Notes under the pieces: model-generated
Databases searched by the model: none
What the model was told of the DNA's origin: nothing
What the model saw: only the letters and a program-made list of their open reading frames with translations
Shown: piece by piece, positions 7,048-15,132 of the stretch
How positions within the stretch are numbered: the stretch's first letter is position 1
Layout: every line of letters begins with the position of its first letter
Virus record (IMG/VR): IMGVR_UViG_3300049781_000114
Span: 1-30,208 of that record
Strand: one strand, 5' to 3'
DNA: 30,208 nt
Origin: a virus
Taxonomy: Duplodnaviria > Caudoviricetes
Translations under genes and position numbers: made by a program

Positions 7048-8589
7048 GTGAATCCATCTCTAAGGAGGGTCTTTGAGGGAGTAGACGTAGACGCGCTCTT
7101 CACCACTGACCCCGATAAGCAGGAGGCAGCAGCCGCCTACCGTCGTGCGGCTTGCCGTACCAATCCTCTTCTCTTTGCGGCTCTCTACATGCCGCACCAC
7201 ATCACAGGTGATGAGACAGGCGGGGAAATCACCTTTGCCGAGCCGCACTTTGAGTGGGCCGACCTAGCCAAGACATGGGCCCGTAAGGGCCAGCGGAAGG
7301 CTAAGGCCAACCGGCACGCGTTCATTGCCCCTCGTAACCTCGGCAAGACAACGTGGTGGTACCTGATCCTCCCTGTGTGGTGGGCGGCTTACGGCTACAG
7401 CACGTTCTGTGTGGCGTTCGCCAACGCGGCCACTCAGGCTCAGACCCACCTAGAGACTTTCCGTACCGAGCTGGACACCAACGAGCTACTACGGAGGGAC
7501 TTCCCCGAGTTATGCGCGCTCCCTAAGAAGCGCAAGGGGATGGACAAGGGAGACACAGCCGATACGCGTATGTGCGCTAACGGCTTCATCTTCCGTGCCA
7601 AGGGAGTGGACTCCAGCTCTCTCGGTATGAAGGTGGGAGCCAACAGGCCGGACACCATCCTTCTGGACGACATTGAGCCGGACGAGTCGAACTACTCGCT
7701 AGGCGAGAAGGCAAAGCGTCTGCACACCGTGCGTGCCGCGATTCTCGCTCTCTCCATGTCCGCCCGTGTGGTGCTTACCGGCACGGTCACCATGTACGGC
7801 TCCATGGTTCACGACTTGGTCCGTTTCAATAAGGGCGAGGAAGTCGACTGGGTAAGTCACGAGAAGTTCACCGTGCACCACCACAAGCCTTTCATCCTGA
7901 ATGAGGAGACCGGAGAAGAGCGCTCCATCTGGCCGGAGCACTCCACCTTTGACCCGGACGTCATGAACGAGGACAGGCATACTCGTATCTTCAAGCTGAA
8001 CTACGAGAACGACCCTGATGCTATTGACTCGGACTACTGGGTACGTGACGACTTCACTTACGGGACTATCCCGGATGACCAGATTGCCACTACCTACCTG
8101 AGCATTGACGGTGCCGTAACGGCGGGTAAGAACTCCGACTACACCGGCATTGCAATTGTCGCCTGTGCTAACCAGCCCAAGCGGGTAATGGTCCGCTATG
8201 CCAACGCGGTGAAGCTCAAGGGTGCTGCGTTGCGTGATTACGTCCTGGACTTGCTAGAGACGTATGAAGACGTCAACTTCCTTCTTATCGAGACCAACCA
8301 GGGTGGAGACCTCTGGAAGGAAGTTTTCCATGACATGGGTGTTCCGATTCTCACCGTGCACAACAAGGTGAAGAAGGAGACTCGCGCTACCCGGCTTCTC
8401 AACCTGTATCAGCAGCGTCCTACTCAGGTATTCCACGAGAAGGTGTTGAGCAAGCTGGAAGACCAGATGTGCGAGTTCCCCAAGGGAGCCAATGACGACA
8501 TGGTCGACGCAGTAGGTACAGCCGTACTGCGTTGGATCGTTCCGGAGAAGCGCCGTAAGGCGCGAATCACTATGCGGACTCCGGTCTAG
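7048..8589 (+). CDS. terL: Terminase large subunit
   Basis: Walker A APRNLGKTT, Walker B ILLDDIE, coupling motif TGT. Nuclease acidic residues SIDGA, SDYTG, NDDMVDA. Confidence 0.93.
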   Translation: MNPSLRRVFEGVDVDALFTTDPDKQEAAAAYRRAACRTNPLLFAALYMPHHITGDETGGEITFAEPHFEWADLAKTWARKGQRKAKANRHAFIAPRNLGKTTWWYLILPVWWAAYGYSTFCVAFANAATQAQTHLETFRTELDTNELLRRDFPELCALPKKRKGMDKGDTADTRMCANGFIFRAKGVDSSSLGMKVGANRPDTILLDDIEPDESNYSLGEKAKRLHTVRAAILALSMSARVVLTGTVTMYGSMVHDLVRFNKGEEVDWVSHEKFTVHHHKPFILNEETGEERSIWPEHSTFDPDVMNEDRHTRIFKLNYENDPDAIDSDYWVRDDFTYGTIPDDQIATTYLSIDGAVTAGKNSDYTGIAIVACANQPKRVMVRYANAVKLKGAALRDYVLDLLETYEDVNFLLIETNQGGDLWKEVFHDMGVPILTVHNKVKKETRATRLLNLYQQRPTQVFHEKVLSKLEDQMCEFPKGANDDMVDAVGTAVLRWIVPEKRRKARITMRTPV

Positions 8590-8591
8590 TT

Positions 8592-8629
8592 GAGTAGCGG
8601 AAAGCAGCGAAACGAGTAAGCCTTATACT
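8592..8629 (+). promoter_or_regulatory. Phage promoter P5: GAGTAGCGGA-N22-TATACT
   Basis: One mismatch to the decamer, same 22-nt spacing, good -10 hexamer. Predicted start ~8636. Confidence 0.7.
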
Positions 8630-8636
8630 CATCCGT

Positions 8637-8854
8637 GGGTGAGTGTTCTGGTGTCTTACTCCTAGAACCCCCGTCTCTGGTCCGAATCCGGGATCAGCAA
8701 GGAACCGATTAACGCTCGGTTGAAAACGCACTGGTTACGGTCCTTCCCGGTGTGCGTCCCTTTGCAGAGAAGTCCTGTTGATGCCCAGAGACGGGGTGTC
8801 ACCCCCTTATTCGTCGGTCGGGTCTTCTGCCGCCCTCACGGGAGTCCGGCCGAC
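8637..8854 (+). ncRNA. Candidate structured ncRNA or long structured leader between terL and portal
   Basis: Nested stems 8637-42/8799-804, 8645-51/8662-68, 8669-80/8785-96 (12 bp perfect), 8693-99/8776-82, 8703-21 and 8726-57, then a hairpin at 8813-54. Begins at the predicted P5 start. Confidence 0.6.
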
Positions 8855-8976
8855 CCCCCTTCAAAACCAAGCAGCCAAGTTCGGCGCTTAGCAGTACCCA
8901 ACTTAACCAGAACTCCAGTAGCCAGGTTCGGCGGAAAAGAGGAGGTCACAAGCAACCCAGATAAGAGGTAATCATC

Positions 8977-10404
8977 ATGGCAACACCTGTAGAGCCAGGA
9001 CACAACGACCTAAACGGTCTCGACAACCTACATGCCGACTACTTAGAACTCATCAATGCGCGTCCGGAGTACGAGCGTGCCGAGTCCTTCTATGAAGGCA
9101 TGATTGAAGAGGCGTACAGCAGCCCCAAGGTTGCCCGCCTTCTTAGCCGTTTCGGCCTCAATGACCTACCGACATTGAACCTGGCCCATATTGCCGTTGA
9201 CGCTGTGATTGATCAGCTCCATCTGAACTCGGTCACCACTGAGGACAACACCCTAGACAATGTCCTTGATGACCTCCGAGACGCTAACGACCTAGATGAA
9301 GAATTCCCGATCCTTATGCAGAACGCGGGGAAGTTCGGGGACGCATACCTTTTCGTGTGGCCAAGCACTGACGAGAGTGGAAACACAGTCGGTGTCCGTA
9401 TGGAGCCACAGGACCCCCGAGTAGCACGAGTCTTCTACAGCGAAGAGAACCCGACCGTTATGGACAGGGCTATTCAGAGCTGGGAGACCGGAGCTAGGGA
9501 CACCCTTGTAGTGCGGGTGAACCTCTACTACGCGGACCACATTGAGCGTTGGTGCCACAGGGGCAAGGTTCCCAAGAACCCTAAGACTGCCAAGTGGGTT
9601 CCGTTCACTGAGGACGGCTCTCCGGCCTACATTCCGAACCCCTTCGGACAGGTGCCTTACTTCCACTACCGCACTAGCCGTCCTTATGGTCGGCCACTGC
9701 ACAAGGATGCTTACGGACCACAGCTCTACATCAACAAGCTAGTGACTTCTCACCTAGCCACCGTTGACTACCAGAGCTTCCCGCAGCGTTACGCGCTCGT
9801 GGACCCCACAGCAGACCTAGGCGGCTCTGAGAGCGGCGGCTACGACGAGGAGCACCCCGAGGACGGCATGAGCCCCGAGGGGGACGCACAGAGCCAGCTA
9901 GACACTTCCCCGTCGGCTGTCTGGAACCTGGACGGCTACAAGGAAGTAGGCCAGTTCGAGGCTGCTAACCCCGATGTGTTCCTCAAGCCCTTTGATCGCT
10001 ACATCAAGGCAATGGCTCAGGCAACACAGATTCCCTTCCAGGCTTTCGACTCCACAGGAGACGCGATCTCTGGAGAGAGCCGCCGGGTAGCTAACGAGCC
10101 CCTTTACGTGCGGGTGGAGAACCTACAGCGCATGTTCGGCTCTACCCATAAGAAGGCGTACAGGTTCGCCCTGGAGATCCTTGGTGAAGAGGCAGAAGAC
10201 CTCTCTGTTAACTGGAAGCCAGTACGGAACATCAACGACCTTAACGGTATCCAGATGCTTCTACTCAAGAAGCAGCTTGGTGTACCGGATGACGTACTTC
10301 TCGCAGAGGCCGGTTACAACTCGGCCGACATTGACTCCTGGTTAGCGGAAGCTACACCAGAAGAAGTAACACCAGACGAAACACCGAATGAAGCACCGCA
10401 GTAA
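8977..10404 (+). CDS. Portal protein (SPP1 gp6-like)
   Basis: 475 aa after terL. Motifs FYEG, FGDAYLFVW, NPFGQVP, SFPQRY and AISGESRR match actinophage portals. Confidence 0.9.
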   Translation: MATPVEPGHNDLNGLDNLHADYLELINARPEYERAESFYEGMIEEAYSSPKVARLLSRFGLNDLPTLNLAHIAVDAVIDQLHLNSVTTEDNTLDNVLDDLRDANDLDEEFPILMQNAGKFGDAYLFVWPSTDESGNTVGVRMEPQDPRVARVFYSEENPTVMDRAIQSWETGARDTLVVRVNLYYADHIERWCHRGKVPKNPKTAKWVPFTEDGSPAYIPNPFGQVPYFHYRTSRPYGRPLHKDAYGPQLYINKLVTSHLATVDYQSFPQRYALVDPTADLGGSESGGYDEEHPEDGMSPEGDAQSQLDTSPSAVWNLDGYKEVGQFEAANPDVFLKPFDRYIKAMAQATQIPFQAFDSTGDAISGESRRVANEPLYVRVENLQRMFGSTHKKAYRFALEILGEEAEDLSVNWKPVRNINDLNGIQMLLLKKQLGVPDDVLLAEAGYNSADIDSWLAEATPEEVTPDETPNEAPQ

Positions 10405-10430
10405 GCGGGTTCACAAAGGAGATAAGCAAG

Positions 10431-11024
10431 ATGACTGACCTAAACACTGACGTTACTGACGACGTAACCGACGTAGACACCACTGATGACGAATGGGTTC
10501 CGCCTACTCGTGATGAGTGGGAGGACATCTTAGATAAGAAGCGTCGTGCCGATTCTGAGGCTGCATCGCGTAAGCGTTGGCTCCGTGATCTGGGCTATGA
10601 CCCAAAGACCGGACAGAAGCTCTCTAGCGGCTCTGAGACCGACTCGGACTCGGTAGACCGTGGGGGTGCTGCTAAGCCTGTACAGGTCGACACAGCGGCT
10701 CTAGAGACTGCCGTAACCACAAAGACAGAGGCTGTCTTTGTAGCTCTTGCAGAAGCAGGCGTAGGCCCAAGGAGCCTCGCACGCGTAAGCAGGATGATCG
10801 ATAAGAAGTCCATCACCATTGATGAGGACGGCATTGAGGGTCTGGCCGAACAGGTCGACGCACTCAAGGCAGAGCTTCCCGAGCTTTTCAAGCGTTCTCG
10901 TACTGCCCCTGTAGCGGATGTATCTGCTGTAGGCGGCGGAAAGAAGAAGGCTCCGGTTTCTACCCCTCAGTCTATGGACTGGGAAGAGCAGATCAGGGCT
11001 CGCTTCAATAAGGGTCAGCTCTAA
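10431..11024 (+). CDS. Capsid scaffolding protein
   Basis: Acidic N-terminus, EAASRK coiled coil and LKAELPELF motif. Lies between portal and capsid. Confidence 0.82.
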   Translation: MTDLNTDVTDDVTDVDTTDDEWVPPTRDEWEDILDKKRRADSEAASRKRWLRDLGYDPKTGQKLSSGSETDSDSVDRGGAAKPVQVDTAALETAVTTKTEAVFVALAEAGVGPRSLARVSRMIDKKSITIDEDGIEGLAEQVDALKAELPELFKRSRTAPVADVSAVGGGKKKAPVSTPQSMDWEEQIRARFNKGQL

Positions 11025-11106
11025 GAACCCTGCTTTACCTAATGCTTCAAGGATGCCGAGTTAGGCGAGGTGATTCAAACAATACTCACAGAAAGGCGGG
11101 CACCGA

Positions 11107-12036
11107 ATGTCCACCACTGATTTTCCGAACTGGGTACCGATTGAGTACAGCTCTGAGGTAGTCCAGCGTGCAATCCAGGAATCTGCCGTTGAGCGTTACG
11201 GTCGCGGCATCAAGATGACCTCTGACACCAAGAAGGTTCCCCGTTCTGCGGGTCACTCTGTTGGTACCGGAGCTACCTACACCGCTGACTCTTCTACCGC
11301 TGACACCGTTCTTCTCGACTCTGTGAAGTTCACCGGTCAGGACCTTATGGACGCTGATCAGCTTGCTGATGCTGAGTCCATCATCGACGTTATCGGCACC
11401 AAGGCCCGTGACTGGGCAACCTCCTACGCCGTGGCTTTCGACAACTCTTGCCTTGGTGTAACTGCCGCTAACAACGCAAGCTCCACCCAGACTCGTCCGT
11501 TCGACTCTGTTTACTACAAGGTCCGTAACAACGACTCTGCGGCCGGATACACCGCTGACGCTAACTACGTCAACTACAACGGTTCTGCTTCTGGCGCTTA
11601 CACCTCTCTGAGCAATGCTCTCGGCCTTGTCGAGGGTGGCGCTTACTGGCGTGAGGCCAATGCAGTTGTCGTTGCGCACCCTAACTTCCGTCAGGTTCTG
11701 CGTAACGCCACTGACACTCAGGGCCGTCCGATCTTCGTTCAGGGACAGTCTGGTGACTCTGGTCAGCCTGACACCCTTTTCGGAATCGAGATCGTATGGA
11801 GCCGTGGCGCTAAGACTTCTAACGTCCGTAGCGAAGAGCCAGAGGGTAACCCACTCCTGGTAATCGTTGCCGACCGCGAGAAGCTTATCCGTGGTGACCG
11901 TGAGCCAGTTCAGTTCCGTATGGACGAGGGCCGTGCACACGACAGCACCGACGAGACCGCTCTCAAGTTCAAGTCTCGTAAGGCGTTCGTAGTCGGACAC
12001 ACCAAGGCATTCGCCGTTGTGGAGAAGACTGCCTAA
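11107..12036 (+). CDS. Major capsid protein (HK97 fold)
   Basis: 309 aa. WVPIEYS, TDTQGRPIF, DTLFGIEI and C-terminal AFAVVE motifs. Strongly biased codons and a downstream terminator. Confidence 0.92.
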   Translation: MSTTDFPNWVPIEYSSEVVQRAIQESAVERYGRGIKMTSDTKKVPRSAGHSVGTGATYTADSSTADTVLLDSVKFTGQDLMDADQLADAESIIDVIGTKARDWATSYAVAFDNSCLGVTAANNASSTQTRPFDSVYYKVRNNDSAAGYTADANYVNYNGSASGAYTSLSNALGLVEGGAYWREANAVVVAHPNFRQVLRNATDTQGRPIFVQGQSGDSGQPDTLFGIEIVWSRGAKTSNVRSEEPEGNPLLVIVADREKLIRGDREPVQFRMDEGRAHDSTDETALKFKSRKAFVVGHTKAFAVVEKTA

Positions 12037-12044
12037 TCAAGTCT

Positions 12045-12082
12045 CCGGGGTGAGAGATGCCTAATCTCCACTCTCACCCCGG
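12045..12082 (+). terminator. Terminator after the capsid gene
   Basis: CCGGGGTGAGAG...CTCTCACCCCGG 12-bp stem followed by TCTTGTTT. Confidence 0.8.
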
Positions 12083-12115
12083 TCTTGTTTCCCCCACCTG
12101 AAAGGCGGTGCGGAG

Positions 12116-12571
12116 ATGGCTTGGGTTACGCCCGAAGAAGCACTAAGCATCACTCCTGGCATTGCGGTTAGTCAGGAGGGCATTGATGCCGCTCAGATCC
12201 TCATTGAGATCTTTGCCGACACTACCGAGGAAGCTTCGGATGCCGGACTGATCTCCAGTAAGAACCTCCGCCTTCTGAAGCTCGCAGTAGCTTTCCAGGC
12301 TGCCTGGATGACTGCCCACCCGGATCAGTACACCGGCTCTGATTTCGACACCTTCCAGTCTGACGGACTCTCGGTCACTTACAAGAACGAGAACTCCAAC
12401 ATCCTGGCCCCTATGGCTAGGCGCTGCATCAAGCGGCTTTCTTGGAAGCGAAACAGGAACATCTACATCCGTCCGGCGAGTGGCCCTAGGGAGTACATCC
12501 CTAAGCATCTCAACACCACTAATGCCGACCTGGACGACTTCCGTACGGACTGGCGTCCGCTCGACATTTAA
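12116..12571 (+). CDS. Head-to-tail adaptor
   Basis: Position after capsid, size, and LKLAVAFQAAW / LAPMARRCI motifs. Confidence 0.72.
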   Translation: MAWVTPEEALSITPGIAVSQEGIDAAQILIEIFADTTEEASDAGLISSKNLRLLKLAVAFQAAWMTAHPDQYTGSDFDTFQSDGLSVTYKNENSNILAPMARRCIKRLSWKRNRNIYIRPASGPREYIPKHLNTTNADLDDFRTDWRPLDI

Positions 12572-12583
12572 GGGCGGTGACTG

Positions 12584-12913
12584 ATGATCTCCCGAGCGAC
12601 AACCACAATCACCATTTATCGCGGGCAGACCGAAGATGAATGGGGAGACCCAATCGACACTGACACCGTGGTAGAGACCGGCATTCCGGCCTTTATCACA
12701 GAGGTGAATGTCGACCACTCAAGCGAGGTTTCTCTAACACCTCGTGACATCCGTAAGGCTACTTGCCGAGTCGGATCAGAAGTGGACGTTCAGCAGAACG
12801 ACCGCATCTATGACGAGAAGAACGGCCAGAGCTGGACTATCCAGTACGTGACTCGTCAGCAGAACCCCGTTATGGCGCAGGACACAAAGCTTGTTCTTCA
12901 GCGCACAACGTAA
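12584..12913 (+). CDS. Head-to-tail stopper (head closure)
   Basis: TITIYRG..DEWGDP..DRI pattern and synteny. Confidence 0.72.
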   Translation: MISRATTTITIYRGQTEDEWGDPIDTDTVVETGIPAFITEVNVDHSSEVSLTPRDIRKATCRVGSEVDVQQNDRIYDEKNGQSWTIQYVTRQQNPVMAQDTKLVLQRTT

Positions 12914-13009
12914 ACAACTGAACACCTTACAGATGGCGTATGGAAACAGTCCCTGGCAGACAGGGCCCGTATACATCTTCCTTCAACTCGCAGAGAGAAA
13001 GGAGTCGGT

Positions 13010-13372
13010 ATGACCAAGTCTTATGACCTTCACGTGAATCCGCAGTGGCCACAGAAGCTCAGGGGTGCTGCTAGGCAGTTCCTTACTGAGAATGCCCGCG
13101 CGGTGTGGAAGGACATGGTCAGGTATGCGCCTGTAGATAGCGGCCGACTCCGAGACGATCTCGATTGGGAAGTTAACGGGTTAGAGGCACGAGTAGGTGC
13201 CCGGACTGTTCCATACGCCATTTTCGTAGAGGAAGGCACTCGTCCTCACGCAATCAAGGCTAAGGGTGGGGCTCTCAATTGGGAGGGTGCTGACCACCCC
13301 GTCAACTCCGTTAATCACCCCGGCGCTACTGCTAGCTATTTCATGCGGCGTGCGCTTTATACCAAGAGGTAA
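13010..13372 (+). CDS. HK97 gp10-like neck/tail-completion protein
   Basis: APVDSGRLR, YAIFVEEGTRPH and VNHPG..FMRRAL motifs. Confidence 0.82.
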   Translation: MTKSYDLHVNPQWPQKLRGAARQFLTENARAVWKDMVRYAPVDSGRLRDDLDWEVNGLEARVGARTVPYAIFVEEGTRPHAIKAKGGALNWEGADHPVNSVNHPGATASYFMRRALYTKR

Positions 13373-13378
13373 GAGCCA

Positions 13379-13846
13379 ATGGGAATCGTTCACGCGAATG
13401 ATGAACTTGTGGCCCGTGCTTGGCTCAAGTCTCTTGGGCTAACGAACGTGGGAACCACTGTTCCACAGAACAAGGCGTCCTGGTCTCAGGAAGGCTTTGT
13501 GCAGATCACAGTTACTGGCGACTCAAGCCACATCTACTACCGGCTCCGTCGCCCTGTGATTACCGCCGTTTGCTGGGCGGTTAATCCAGCACTCAATGAC
13601 TCCCCACACAAGAACATGCAGTCCCAGACTCCACCTTGGGGCAAGGCATGTGACTTAGCGGAAACGATCGCTGAGGGATGTTGGGGCTTTACTCCGGACT
13701 ACTTAACGCTCGGAGTAGCGGGGGCACCTAGGGCCCGCACATTGCAGGCAAACATCATTCAGACCCCTCGGAGGGTTCCTGGTGATGAGGGCGAATACGC
13801 AAGGTACACCGTCGATTTTGAACTCATCTGGAATGAGACCACCTGA
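13379..13846 (+). CDS. Tail terminator protein
   Basis: Synteny, size and C-terminal ARYTVDFEL. Confidence 0.7.
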   Translation: MGIVHANDELVARAWLKSLGLTNVGTTVPQNKASWSQEGFVQITVTGDSSHIYYRLRRPVITAVCWAVNPALNDSPHKNMQSQTPPWGKACDLAETIAEGCWGFTPDYLTLGVAGAPRARTLQANIIQTPRRVPGDEGEYARYTVDFELIWNETT

Positions 13847-13870
13847 CACCCTTGAAAGGGGTAAGCCAAA

Positions 13871-14428
13871 ATGGCTAATGAAGATGTATTAGTGATGGGC
13901 CCTGCGACCCTGTACATCGCAGCATTCGGAGCGGATGAGCCTGCCGATTCCGCTTACAACACAGCCCCGGCGGCTTCTGCTTGGACTGATCTTGGCTTCA
14001 CCGATGGTGGAGTTGAACTCACCGTAGATCAGACCTACAAGGAGCTAACCGCAGACCAGGCAGTAGACAAGATGGGTGCGCGTCTTACCGAGCGTTCTAT
14101 CAAGGTCAAGGTCTCTCTTGCAGAGCCGTCCCTACAGAACATGATTTACGTTCTCAACGGCGGTACCGCTACCTCTGGTGTCGGTTACCAGAAGCTAGAG
14201 CCGGAGTTCCTTACTAGTGCCACACAGCCGAACTACCGCGCTCTCATTGTCGACGGTTGGGCTTCTGGTGGTGGCCGTGCACGTCTCATCATTCGCAAGG
14301 TACTTAGCACCGACAAGGTGAGCTTCAAGTATGCGAAGGCAGACCAGACGGTCTTTGAAGTCGAGTTCGAAGGCTTCTACGTAGATGAGACAACCGCACC
14401 TTGGACCATGATTACTGAGAACGCGTAA
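13871..14428 (+). CDS. Major tail tube protein
   Basis: GPATLYIA, WTDLGFTDGGVEL and C-terminal FEVEFEG motifs. Confidence 0.85.
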   Translation: MANEDVLVMGPATLYIAAFGADEPADSAYNTAPAASAWTDLGFTDGGVELTVDQTYKELTADQAVDKMGARLTERSIKVKVSLAEPSLQNMIYVLNGGTATSGVGYQKLEPEFLTSATQPNYRALIVDGWASGGGRARLIIRKVLSTDKVSFKYAKADQTVFEVEFEGFYVDETTAPWTMITENA

Positions 14429-14461
14429 TCCCTCGCAGTACCAATCAAAAGGAGATTCCTA

Positions 14462-14764
14462 ATGCTGAAGATCGGAAAGACCAAGCACGTTGAGAAGCGC
14501 GAACCGCTTTTCGAGCTGGACGGGGTCGAGTACTCCGTACTGGTAAACCCTGGACCGAATGTCGGCCTAACCTTCATGGAAATCCAGACCGAGTCTGGAC
14601 AGGAAGCAGCCGTTGTCTACCTGTTAAAGGCCATGCTGGGAGAAGAGGCTTTCAAGGCTCTCGCTGCTAGCCCGGACGTCAGTGAGTCCGAGTACGAGTT
14701 ACTAATGGCTGAGATCAGTGAGCGCGCAATGGCGGCTCAGGAGAAGACAGTAAAAAACTCCTAG
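14462..14764 (+). CDS. Tail assembly chaperone (gpG-like)
   Basis: Between the major tail and tape measure genes. Ends in slippery A AAA AAC. Confidence 0.82.
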   Translation: MLKIGKTKHVEKREPLFELDGVEYSVLVNPGPNVGLTFMEIQTESGQEAAVVYLLKAMLGEEAFKALAASPDVSESEYELLMAEISERAMAAQEKTVKNS

Positions 14765-15069
14765 AGCGGACTAATCAGATCCGTTGGGTCTTGGATCACT
14801 TGCCTGATCTCGAATCCGACTTCTCGGCTATCCATCACATCCGAGACCCATACGGAGAACTGACCGGTCCGCAGTACTTCCAGATGGCTATACGCATGGG
14901 TGCCTATAGGGGAGTTATGCGAGCCCACCTAGAGGCGGAAGCCGAGAAGCAGCGTCCCAAGTCTCCAGAAGAGATGAGGGAGCTACGTAAGGCAGGGGCC
15001 CTGAGCCCCGGTGAAGAAAAGGCATTGAGGTACGGATCAATGCTCGGCAACGGCTCACGCAAGCGATAA
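14752..15069 (+). CDS. Tail assembly chaperone gpGT extension via -1 frameshift at A AAA AAC (14752-14758)
   Basis: The -1 frame reads LLERTNQIRWVLDHLPDLESDF..., continuous with track ORF 14791..15069. Confidence 0.82.
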   Translation, partial: KKLLERTNQIRWVLDHLPDLESDFSAIHHIRDPYGELTGPQYFQMAIRMGAYRGVMRAHLEAEAEKQRPKSPEEMRELRKAGALSPGEEKALRYGSMLGNGSRKR

Positions 15070-15132
15070 GACGGCTGACCTTTCAGAGGGCGAGAGGAGA
15101 CCGACACGAACCAATAGAAGAAAGGCGGCGTC

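Noticed and set aside
8676-8700. tRNA gene suggested by T-loop-like GGTCCGAATCC
   Set aside because: No upstream D arm, anticodon arm or acceptor 5' strand, and no CCA. A Y-RNA-like permuted fold also lacks a D arm.
8720-8971. 83-aa ORF in the terL-portal gap
   Set aside because: TTG start without RBS and non-protein-like composition. The region is better explained by RNA structure.
11086-12000. 304-aa antisense ORF over the capsid gene
   Set aside because: It is in the same codon register as the capsid gene. It stays open only because the highly biased capsid gene lacks TTA/CTA/TCA codons, and it shows no recognisable motifs.
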